DNA from: Pirellula staleyi DSM 6068 | Lineage (GTDB): Bacteria > Planctomycetota > Planctomycetia > Pirellulales > Pirellulaceae | Assembly (NCBI GenBank): GCA_000025185.1 | Contig: CP001848.1 | Span: 4,440,001 to 4,472,000 of the forward strand | Length of the DNA: 32,000 bases | Direction: 5' to 3' | Part shown: piece by piece, positions 8,044 through 15,761 of the stretch | How positions within the stretch are numbered: position 1 is the stretch's first letter | Layout of the letters: every line of letters begins with the position of its first letter | Notes under the pieces: generated by a model | Database searches by the model: none | What the model saw: only the letters and a program-made list of their open reading frames with translations | What the model was told of the DNA's origin: nothing | Translations under genes and position numbers: made by a program

Positions 8044-11000
8044 ATGAAGAAGCGAAAGCGGAAGAAGGAAAAATCTCCGAAGAAGCCGGTCGCTCAGCAG
8101 CCGAGTCTGTCGAGCGACTTCGTTTCCATGAAGGCGATGTACCAGGCATATCAAAAAGCCAAAGTCGACGTCTTCTACGAGCGTTCGCAACCGAGGTCGC
8201 AGGAGTTTTGTGAATACGAACGAAACCTGCACGCCAATCTCACCGCACTGCAGAAAACCCTGACTCGGCCTCGTACCAATTGGTTCAAAAGCAACGACTT
8301 CATTGGTAGTTACGGGTTCATTCCCAAAGGGTTGCAGATTCCTGAGCCCGATGGGGATCAGGACAGCGCCGCGCACTTCAGCGTGTCCAATCCTGACGAT
8401 GCTTGGAATGTGATGATGACGTCCCTTGGAGAAAAGAGGCCCATCGCTGAGTTCCGGCCTGTCGCGCTATTCACCGTCAATATGTATGTCGTGTGTGCAC
8501 TGTGGGTGAATCTTGTCGGTCACATGTTCGATGCCTGCCTCGACAGTTCTGCTCGTGGGACACGGCTGAGGCGTCTCCGGCAGACTGATGAAGAACTCCC
8601 GGAATGCGGCCGCTATCACCTTTCTGCTCCGGGTTCGTTCAAACCCTATTTCAGCTGTTACAAGGAATGGCGTGAGAAGGGGCTACGAGCCATTCGGCAG
8701 GAACTGGCCAAGGATCGCAAAGTCGTCGCCATAACGATGGACCTCAAGGCGTTTTATCACAACGTCGATCCGAAGTTCATCCTGAATGAGAAATTCCTCG
8801 ATGCAATCAGATTCAGTAATGTAAACGGTAGCGGGCTTTATGCTGCTGAGGAACGTATTTTCACTAAACAAATTGTCACTGCGTTCCTGACTTGGGCAAA
8901 GAAACTGCCCCATCTCAAAGCCGATACGCCACCCGGCCTTCCCGTTGGGGTTTCCGCCGCTCGGATCGTCGCGAATGTTCTGCTCGCCGAGTTTGATCGA
9001 CTCGCCCAGCAGAAACTCGATCCGATCTACTATTCGCGGTACGTCGACGACATCTTCCTGGTATTGCGCGACAACGGGAGAATGCGGACTTCTCGGGATG
9101 TCTTGAAGCACCTCTGCCGCAGAATCAAGCCCTTGAACGCCAACGACGACCTGTCCGTACTGACGCTGGCGTTTCCTTACTCCAATGGCTGCAAGCTCTT
9201 GTTTCAGGCAAAGAAGCAGCGTGTGTTCCTGCTTTCAGGAGAAGTGGGGGCCGACCTGCTTGATACAATCGAGAGTCAGATCGACGCAGTTTCCAGCGAA
9301 TGGCGGCTTCTGCCCGACCTCGATGCCTTGGAAAAATCACCTGCGGCCAAGATTCTAACAGCGACCCGCCGCGCCGATGAGAACGCAGATACCCTTCGCA
9401 AGGCTGACCAGTTGTCGCTGAAGCGACTCAGCTTCTCGATCATGCTGCGCCAGTACGACACGCTGGCGCATGATCTTCCTCCGAATGAGTGGAAGCGTGA
9501 ACGAAAGAGGTTCTATCGGTTTGCGGAACGCCACGTTCTGACACCTCTGAGGCTCTTAGATCTGAACGACTATCTACCTCGCCTCCTCGGCTTGGCTGTT
9601 TCCTGCCGGGACTGGACAGTCGCAGGCGGTTTTCTCAAGCGAATTTCGGACGGGATTGAACGACTTCGCAACAACGTGAGTGTAGAGCCGAACGCTGGCG
9701 CAGACAGCCAGTGGGAAGCTTACCTCCGACATCTTCAGACGGCCCTCCGCGAAGCGGTTGTTCGATCCTATCCGCTGAAACAAGACAACCATGCTGCTGA
9801 AAATGCTGCGAAATCTCTCCTCGAAGTGATTGATGCCCTGAATCCGCTGTCATTAAGCAATCCCCAGGATATTTCAGCTTTGTCGTGTGAGCTGTTCTGG
9901 ACCGATCTGGGGCGTATTCCATTCAAAAATGCGTTGCTCGGATATGTTTCGCTTCCACCCTGTACTCTGAAGCCTTTGAAAAGGAAACTTCCTAAGAGTC
10001 AAATGAAACGACTCGGTGTCATCCGGGAATTCCTTCGCGGAGCCGACACGGCCGATATCAAGGTGCAACCGCTTCTGTTTCCAACGCGTCCATTCTCGCC
10101 CCGTGAAATAACAGAATTCGACTGCCGGAGCGCATGGGAACTGGATCGACTCAGGGATTACGTAGTCGCCCTGCGCGGAACCTGGGTAAAGCCGGTCGCC
10201 CACACTTCAAGAGCTGCCAAAACCGCTCCCGCGCCCGAAAGTGGTAGCCCCAAAACTCGCGAAGTGCTGGTTTTCGGTGATGGCAACCGAAAGCATGTTC
10301 CCAGAATTGCAATCACGAGTTTTCTAACCGAAGAATCCAGTTGGGCGAAAGCAGCGGAGGGAACTCCAGAGTTGTCTGCCGAGCGGTACAAGCGTCTCGT
10401 CAGGCTAGCAAATGCCGTCGTAACTTCACCTCATCGAGCGGAGTATGTCGTTTTCCCGGAATTGTCGATACCTCGCAGGTGGCTTCCTGGATTGGCAGGA
10501 CTGTTTATAAAAGCCGGGATATCGCTGATCACGGGCGTTGAGTATCGACGTGTCCCGCCAGAGCCTTCATCACAGGTGGTCAATGAGGCTTACCTCGTGC
10601 TGGCAGACGACCGGCTTGGCTACCGGTCCTGGTGTGTCGTGAGACAGCAAAAAGGCGTTCCTGCACATCACGAGCGAGACGAATTGCGCAGCAAGTTCGG
10701 ACTCACCTTGGCTGCACCTGCCTCGAAAGACGACCCGAAGCCAATCTACCGCCATTTCGGGCATGGTTTCGGGGTCCTGATTTGCAGCGAACTCACCGAT
10801 ATCCGCTTTCGGCAAGAGATGCGCGGCGATGTCGACACGCTGTTTGTGCTCAGCTGGAATCAGGATTTGGAATCGTTTGGGGCACTGGTCGAGGCCGCTG
10901 TTCTGGATGTTCATTGCTACATGGTGCTCGTCAACAATCGGAAGTACGGAGACAGTCGCGTCCGAACGCCATCCAAGAAGAACTGGATGAGGGATCTGGT

Positions 11001-11178
11001 TCGGATCAAGGGCGGGCTGGACGACTATTTTGTGGTCACCGATCTGGAAATCATGTCGCTCCGCAATTTCCAGAGTTACCACGAACCTCCACTTGGTGAT
11101 GACGCCTTGTTTAAGCCGACACCTGAGGGGTTCAAGATCGCCACACGTAGGAAGCAAACACCACGAGGCAATCCGTGA
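8044..11178 (+). CDS. Reverse transcriptase fused to a C-terminal nitrilase (carbon-nitrogen hydrolase) domain; DRT1/UG1-like defence RT
   Basis: RT motif A is VVAITMDLKAFYHNVD, motif B is GLPVGVSAARIVANVLLAEFD, and motif C is YSRYVDDIFLV (YVDD at 9040-9051). An Abi/UG-type N-terminus is present (AMYQAYQKAKVDVFYE...NLHANLTALQKTL). The nitrilase triad candidates are VVFPELSIP (Glu), RQQKGVPAHHE (Lys) and GVLICSELTD (Cys codon 10783-10785). The start is uncertain: ATG 8044 gives a Lys-rich leader MKKRKRKKEKSPKK, and an alternative ATG lies at 8128. Confidence 0.85.
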   Translation: MKKRKRKKEKSPKKPVAQQPSLSSDFVSMKAMYQAYQKAKVDVFYERSQPRSQEFCEYERNLHANLTALQKTLTRPRTNWFKSNDFIGSYGFIPKGLQIPEPDGDQDSAAHFSVSNPDDAWNVMMTSLGEKRPIAEFRPVALFTVNMYVVCALWVNLVGHMFDACLDSSARGTRLRRLRQTDEELPECGRYHLSAPGSFKPYFSCYKEWREKGLRAIRQELAKDRKVVAITMDLKAFYHNVDPKFILNEKFLDAIRFSNVNGSGLYAAEERIFTKQIVTAFLTWAKKLPHLKADTPPGLPVGVSAARIVANVLLAEFDRLAQQKLDPIYYSRYVDDIFLVLRDNGRMRTSRDVLKHLCRRIKPLNANDDLSVLTLAFPYSNGCKLLFQAKKQRVFLLSGEVGADLLDTIESQIDAVSSEWRLLPDLDALEKSPAAKILTATRRADENADTLRKADQLSLKRLSFSIMLRQYDTLAHDLPPNEWKRERKRFYRFAERHVLTPLRLLDLNDYLPRLLGLAVSCRDWTVAGGFLKRISDGIERLRNNVSVEPNAGADSQWEAYLRHLQTALREAVVRSYPLKQDNHAAENAAKSLLEVIDALNPLSLSNPQDISALSCELFWTDLGRIPFKNALLGYVSLPPCTLKPLKRKLPKSQMKRLGVIREFLRGADTADIKVQPLLFPTRPFSPREITEFDCRSAWELDRLRDYVVALRGTWVKPVAHTSRAAKTAPAPESGSPKTREVLVFGDGNRKHVPRIAITSFLTEESSWAKAAEGTPELSAERYKRLVRLANAVVTSPHRAEYVVFPELSIPRRWLPGLAGLFIKAGISLITGVEYRRVPPEPSSQVVNEAYLVLADDRLGYRSWCVVRQQKGVPAHHERDELRSKFGLTLAAPASKDDPKPIYRHFGHGFGVLICSELTDIRFRQEMRGDVDTLFVLSWNQDLESFGALVEAAVLDVHCYMVLVNNRKYGDSRVRTPSKKNWMRDLVRIKGGLDDYFVVTDLEIMSLRNFQSYHEPPLGDDALFKPTPEGFKIATRRKQTPRGNP

Positions 11179-11321
11179 AGGACTGCGTCTGAGCGAGGAT
11201 CGCGTGATAGTGAAGGCAATCTTGAAAAAAAGCGATGCAACCAACCAGACTCAGAAGTATGAGAGTTCTGAAGCTGGAGGAACTACAAACCGCCGGCTGG
11301 GCACCGTAAACTAAGTACTCC

Positions 11322-13304
11322 ATGGACTATTCAAAGACAAATAATACGGCCTCAAAAATGCCTGCTGTCGGACAGCAAGTAGCGCTGAACATGTTTCCGC
11401 TGATCGACCAACGCTTCCCGTTCAAAGTATTTCGACGTCTGGCAGAGGCCAACGAAGGGGCACCGGATGAAGGAATCCGCAAGTATTCACTCCCGCCGAA
11501 CGGTACGGTCCAGGGCACCGACGATCCTTGGCCGCAGTTCTGGGTGTCGTTTGAGGCCAGAGACGGCTTCCTTCCATTTGCGGGTGATGCCAAAACAAAC
11601 CCGCATCTCGCGATGGCATTTCTGTTTCACCTATTGGTTGTCTCAGCCAAAGCATCGGGGCTAGAGCACTTCATTCAGGATGGAATCAAGAAAAAGGTTG
11701 CATTTGTTCTCGACACACATCCCGAGGGAAAAAGTTGCGTTTGGCTTTCACCGTATCAGTGCCGGTCCGCTCGCTCGATTGGTTTCCTGGTCGATTTCTG
11801 GTTCCGCAAGGAAGAGGTACAAGCCCTGAATCGCGAAGTTCTGCGCCTCAGTCATGCGCTTAACGCTCAGTATCGCGAAAACACGGACTTTTACGCGACA
11901 CGATATGCGTCACTTCAGCAGTTCCTTGATCGCATTTATCCTAGCCTGTTTCCGCTACAGTTATCTGAATACCCGCCGATGGATATTCGCAAGACCCTTC
12001 AAAACGTCGACTCCTCACTTCTGAAAACAAAGATGTACTTGGCGGGAGGTTCAAAGCCTTCATCGTCTCAATTCACCGCTGTCAAACTGGACGGACCGAT
12101 TCAGCGTGTGACAGGAGACGTTCGTATTTGCTTTGTGTATCAACCGCAAGACAAACCCCTCTCTCACGACCTCTACAAAGCACTTCGCGGGGACACATAC
12201 AGTCAGTTTCTCGGCATGGAGAGGATGTTTGGGTTCAGCTTGGGAAAGGAGCACGTCTTCGGCATACCAATTCAAGACTACTCTCCTGACGAACTGGCGA
12301 CGGCAACTACGGCTATCAAGGCGCAATCGGGTGGGGCACTGGTCGTTCCGATAGTTCTGATTCCGTGGTTGCGGCATGACACCGAAGACTTTTCTGACCA
12401 ATATTATGTCACAAAGCACGCCTTCTTGAAGGCAGGGCTTCCGTCACAGTTTGTCTCTACCAAGACAATCCGAAATAAGGCGTCGTTCAAGTGGACTGTC
12501 AGCAACATTGGTATGGCCGTCTTTGCCAAACTTGGTGGGAAGCCTTGGAAAGTGGTCTCGGAGAATGATGACTGCTTGATTGTGGGAATCGGCCAGTCCC
12601 ATCGTTGTGGTGAAGACAAGACGATTAGTCGGTACTATTCCTATTGCGTACTTACCGATTCCAGCGGGTTGTATGAAGACGTGCGTGTACTTGGAAAGGA
12701 TACCGATGAGCGCTCTTACCTGACTCGTTTTGCCGACAACTTGTTAGAGATATTTCGTGGGCATTCGCAGCAGTTCAGTCGCTTTGCTATTCACACGCCG
12801 TTCAAGCTCCGCCACGAGGAAATGACGGCAATTCAGGATGCAATAACGCGATTCACTCTCGAAACGCGACGACCGATGACATTCGCCGTTCTGAAGTTCA
12901 ACGCCGATAGCGATTTCATTGGATATTCTGCGACCACTAATGCACGCGTCCCGTTTGAAAGCACACTTGTTCCACTGTCTTTTCAGGATTTCCTCGTCTG
13001 GTTCGAGGGATTGCAATTCCACAAGAGTACCGTGGAACGTCGCTATGGCCGCCCAGTTCACGTTGAGTTTATCTATCCGCATTTCGACCGAAAGAGTCGC
13101 GGTTCCGGCTTGTCGTTGGAACAAAAGAGCGTCTATTTGCAGGACAGCCTCAATCTCTCTGGGGCAAACTGGAGGGGCTTCAATGCAAAGTCTCTTCCCG
13201 TCTCGGTCTTTTACGCGAAGCTCATCGCGCGATACTTCAGCCAGTTTGAACGACTCGGCCTTGAGGAGTGCGAATTGGATAACCTAACACCATGGTTTCT
13301 GTGA
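11322..13304 (+). CDS. Catalytically inactive prokaryotic Argonaute (MID-PIWI preceded by only ~270 aa)
   Basis: The PIWI hallmark NIGMAVFAKLGGKPWKV is present (KLGGKPW at 12528-12548). The first slicer Asp position reads LIVGIGQSH (Gly codon 12591-12593). The RDG-type site reads FAIHTPF. MID-like features include DLYKALRG and YYVTKHAFLKAGLPSQFV. The C-terminus ends ...LTPWFL. Confidence 0.8.
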   Translation: MDYSKTNNTASKMPAVGQQVALNMFPLIDQRFPFKVFRRLAEANEGAPDEGIRKYSLPPNGTVQGTDDPWPQFWVSFEARDGFLPFAGDAKTNPHLAMAFLFHLLVVSAKASGLEHFIQDGIKKKVAFVLDTHPEGKSCVWLSPYQCRSARSIGFLVDFWFRKEEVQALNREVLRLSHALNAQYRENTDFYATRYASLQQFLDRIYPSLFPLQLSEYPPMDIRKTLQNVDSSLLKTKMYLAGGSKPSSSQFTAVKLDGPIQRVTGDVRICFVYQPQDKPLSHDLYKALRGDTYSQFLGMERMFGFSLGKEHVFGIPIQDYSPDELATATTAIKAQSGGALVVPIVLIPWLRHDTEDFSDQYYVTKHAFLKAGLPSQFVSTKTIRNKASFKWTVSNIGMAVFAKLGGKPWKVVSENDDCLIVGIGQSHRCGEDKTISRYYSYCVLTDSSGLYEDVRVLGKDTDERSYLTRFADNLLEIFRGHSQQFSRFAIHTPFKLRHEEMTAIQDAITRFTLETRRPMTFAVLKFNADSDFIGYSATTNARVPFESTLVPLSFQDFLVWFEGLQFHKSTVERRYGRPVHVEFIYPHFDRKSRGSGLSLEQKSVYLQDSLNLSGANWRGFNAKSLPVSVFYAKLIARYFSQFERLGLEECELDNLTPWFL

Positions 13305-14605
13305 TGCCACCCAAATCGAACACAGTCTTTAAGCGAGACGAAATCGTCTTGCTCCTCGGTGCAGGAGCTAGCGTTCCAGCGCAGATTCCGGCATCGCAGG
13401 GGATGATTACGGAAATCGAGAAACTACTGGATTCCTCATGGGCCGACTACAAGAGCCTTTATTTCTTTGTGAAGAGTGCCATTCAGTTCTCAGACGGCAT
13501 TCATGGGCGATTCGACACAGATACTTTCAATGTCGAGAAGCTTGTAGAAACGCTCGATGACTTGAGGCGCGGCGACGAACATCCGCTTTACCCATTCGTC
13601 GGTGCATGGGTGCCCAAGCTATACGAGGTTGCTGGTTCAGACCTGAAAAAAGTCACTGCCTTCCGTGAAGAGATTGTTCGTCGACTCCGCGACGATTGGA
13701 TCCAACTGAAGTATCGAGAACACGCTCAGTATTTCGCTCACCTTGGGCGGTTTCAACGAGAGCTACAGGAACCTCTCCGCTTGTTTACATTGAATTACGA
13801 CTTGTGCGTTGAGACAGCATTGTCGGATGTATCGGACGACTCGTCGATCACATTTGAGCGAGGATTTGACGAGCAAAAAAGGTGGGACTGGCGTCGATTC
13901 GAGTATGAGCGCGGAGTCGGTCCGCCAGATATTTACTTGTATAAACTGCATGGATCGATTGACTGGACTCGCGACGATAATGACAACCTCACTTATCGTG
14001 ATGCAGTGTCTCAGATCAATCCGGAGGACTTGGCGATTATCTCCGGAACGCCAGCGAAGTTGCAGGCGGTCGACCCATTCCTTTTTTTCGCGTACGAACT
14101 TCGCAAATGGACGCTAGAAGAGGCTCGACTGATCGTAACGATCGGCTATGGTTTTGCCGATGACCATATCAATGGGATTCTCCGGCAGTCTCTAAAAGGA
14201 AATCCTGCACGGCAACTGCTTGTCGTTACGTTCATTAAAAACAATGAAAACGCGGAGGAAGTCGCACACAAACGCCAATGCGAGATCGCTCGCAAGATTG
14301 GCATGTTTAAGGACGACGAAGATAATCGCCAGCACCCAAACTATCAGATTATTGTGTGGGGGTGTGGTGCGAAGGAGTTTCTTGAAAAGAAGCTTACTAT
14401 AGAGGGCTTGGGAGGACTGTTCCCGGCAGAAGACACTTTGTTCGATGAAGTCACTATCAACCACCTTTTGAGTGAACCACCGCAGGTTGGGCAACTGGAC
14501 CCTTCTGAAAATGGTCAATCAGGCAATAAAAATATCGATTCTTTAGCATTAGTTGAAACCGCGAAACCTAAGAGAACGAGAGGGCGGGGCCGGTCGAAGA
14601 AATGA
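13292..14605 (+). CDS. SIR2-family (SIR2_2-type) protein, putative NADase effector
   Basis: Motifs are VLLLGAGASVPAQIPASQGM (13358-13372 encodes GAGAS), LFTLNYDLCVE, YKLHGSIDW (His codon 13949-13951) and VTIGYGFADDHINGIL. The gene overlaps the Argonaute stop by 13 nt, or by 1 nt if ATG 13304 is used. It ends in a basic tail KPKRTRGRGRSKK. Confidence 0.8.
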   Translation: MVSVMPPKSNTVFKRDEIVLLLGAGASVPAQIPASQGMITEIEKLLDSSWADYKSLYFFVKSAIQFSDGIHGRFDTDTFNVEKLVETLDDLRRGDEHPLYPFVGAWVPKLYEVAGSDLKKVTAFREEIVRRLRDDWIQLKYREHAQYFAHLGRFQRELQEPLRLFTLNYDLCVETALSDVSDDSSITFERGFDEQKRWDWRRFEYERGVGPPDIYLYKLHGSIDWTRDDNDNLTYRDAVSQINPEDLAIISGTPAKLQAVDPFLFFAYELRKWTLEEARLIVTIGYGFADDHINGILRQSLKGNPARQLLVVTFIKNNENAEEVAHKRQCEIARKIGMFKDDEDNRQHPNYQIIVWGCGAKEFLEKKLTIEGLGGLFPAEDTLFDEVTINHLLSEPPQVGQLDPSENGQSGNKNIDSLALVETAKPKRTRGRGRSKK

Positions 14606-15170
14606 CAGTAGCCTGTTGGAAAACTCGATAACAACGCAGTTATCCCTTAGGATTCCCGAAAAAGTCGCGCGGCTTCAATTTCAGGCGGGATTTTCAACAA
14701 GCTGCTTTGGGATTCTTCAACGAAGTAAATCGACAGATAGCTCGCGCTGAATGTGAAATTGACGCTGGGCATACAATAGCGGCGTTGGCGATAGGCGAAA
14801 GTGTCTTCAGCCACCGTTTCCTAGACGATAATCGCCCCTTATCTTGGCTGCCGACTATCGGGAAGTTCTTTCGCCAACTTCTGCAGGATCACTTCGGTGG
14901 TGAGGGCGGCGAAGATGCGAGCGTCGTTTTCTTTATCTACTAGCGTCGCTCTGTTTATGTGACGTCAAGTTCCTTGTGAAGGAAGTGTCCGTTCGGTCAA
15001 GCGCGTTATGGATATTCACGGTTGAGGCGTCGGGAGGTGGCTTTCTTGGGCGAGAGGAGGTGGGCAAGGTTTGCAGCGGGCGAACTGCGAGCGGCTGAGT
15101 GTGTGGGCGGGAGCGATTGCGGGAAGTGGGCGGCGGGTCTTAGTGTGATCGATTAACGCTGCGGAGAGCG

Positions 15171-15602
15171 TCATTGCGGAGCCAGCGGCTCCGCAGCATC
15201 TTCCGCTTTCCAGATGTCGGGCAGGAACTGCGCGAGTTCATTGGCGGGTGTCTGACCGATCTTGGCCAGAACGCTCGTGAGGTACGCCTGCGGATCGACG
15301 TTGCTGCGCTCAGCGCTGGCGAGGAGCAAACACAGCTTCGCGTGGCTCGCAGCGGCCGCTTCGTTACCAGCAAAGAGCCAGTTTTTGCGGCCGATCGCCA
15401 CGCGCTTCAGCGCCCGCTCGCTGGCGTTGTTGTCGATGTCGAGGAAGCCTCGCGTGGTGTAAGTCGTCAGCGCCGTCCACTGGTTCTGTACTTCGCGCAT
15501 CGTCGCGCTCACCGAGTCGACCATCACGCTCGGCGATCGTTCTCCGCCAGGCATAAATCGCCGACTCGGCCAGCTGTTCGCGGCGACAGAACTCGCGCAC
15601 AC
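15171..15602 (-). pseudogene. IS66-family transposase, C-terminal fragment only
   Basis: ...REVQNQWTALTTYTTRGFLDIDNNASERALKRVAIGRKNWLFAGNEAAAASHAKLCLLLASAERSNVDPQAYLTSVLAKIGQTPANELAQFLPDIW matches the conserved IS66 transposase C-terminus. The DDE core is absent. Confidence 0.75.
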
Positions 15603-15699
15603 TTAACTCGCTAGAAGCAAACCGCTGAAACACCCCACGCCAAAAACCTTCCCTCGCCGAACCCCGCTGCTGCCGCGCCATGCCAAAACTCCTGGTCAC
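15364..15699 (-). pseudogene. IS66-family accessory (TnpA-like HTH) N-terminal fragment
   Basis: Only the first ~55 codons look genuine (MARQQRGSAREGFWRGVFQRFASSELSVREFCRREQLAESAIYAWRRTIAERD). After about nt 15535 the frame runs out-of-frame over the transposase C-terminal fragment, which marks a deletion junction. Confidence 0.55.
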
Positions 15700-15761
15700 A
15701 AAAACCAGCAGCTTGACACCCCACCACCTAAATCAAAACCCGCACTCCACGGAACGGATAC

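Larger units (their letters stand above)
14985..15761 (-). mobile_element. Internally deleted IS66-family element remnant (~0.78 kb)
   Basis: Candidate terminal inverted repeats are gtgtccgttcggtcaagcgcg (14985-15005) and the reverse complement of 15741-15761, gtatccgttccgtggagtgcg; they match at 16 of 21 positions. The element encloses a TnpA-like N-terminal fragment and a transposase C-terminal fragment in different frames. No target-site duplication was seen. Confidence 0.55.

Noticed and set aside
8044-8127. The Lys-rich leader MKKRKRKKEKSPKK of the RT as a functional basic or NLS-like extension.
   Set aside because: I cannot tell this apart from an over-extended start call. An in-frame ATG at 8128 begins the conserved-looking MKAMYQAYQKAK segment.
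14606-14984. The + strand ORF 14707-14943, plus minus-strand fragments: a 55-aa GTG ORF at 14647-14814 (MAEDTFAYRQRRYCMPSVNFTF...) and a stop-bounded piece at 14834-14956 (..VDKENDARIFAALTTEVILQKLAKE..).
   Set aside because: I recognised no motif in any of them. The fragments lack credible starts and lie beside the IS66 remnant, so they are most likely gene debris. None was called.
15006-15170. A G-rich stretch (ggaggtgg, gggcgg, gggaagtgggcggcggg) considered as a repeat array or G-quadruplex element.
   Set aside because: I saw no regular periodicity or exact repeats. The stretch lies inside the IS66 remnant, between the transposase stop and the terminal repeat, and is best treated as IS end sequence.
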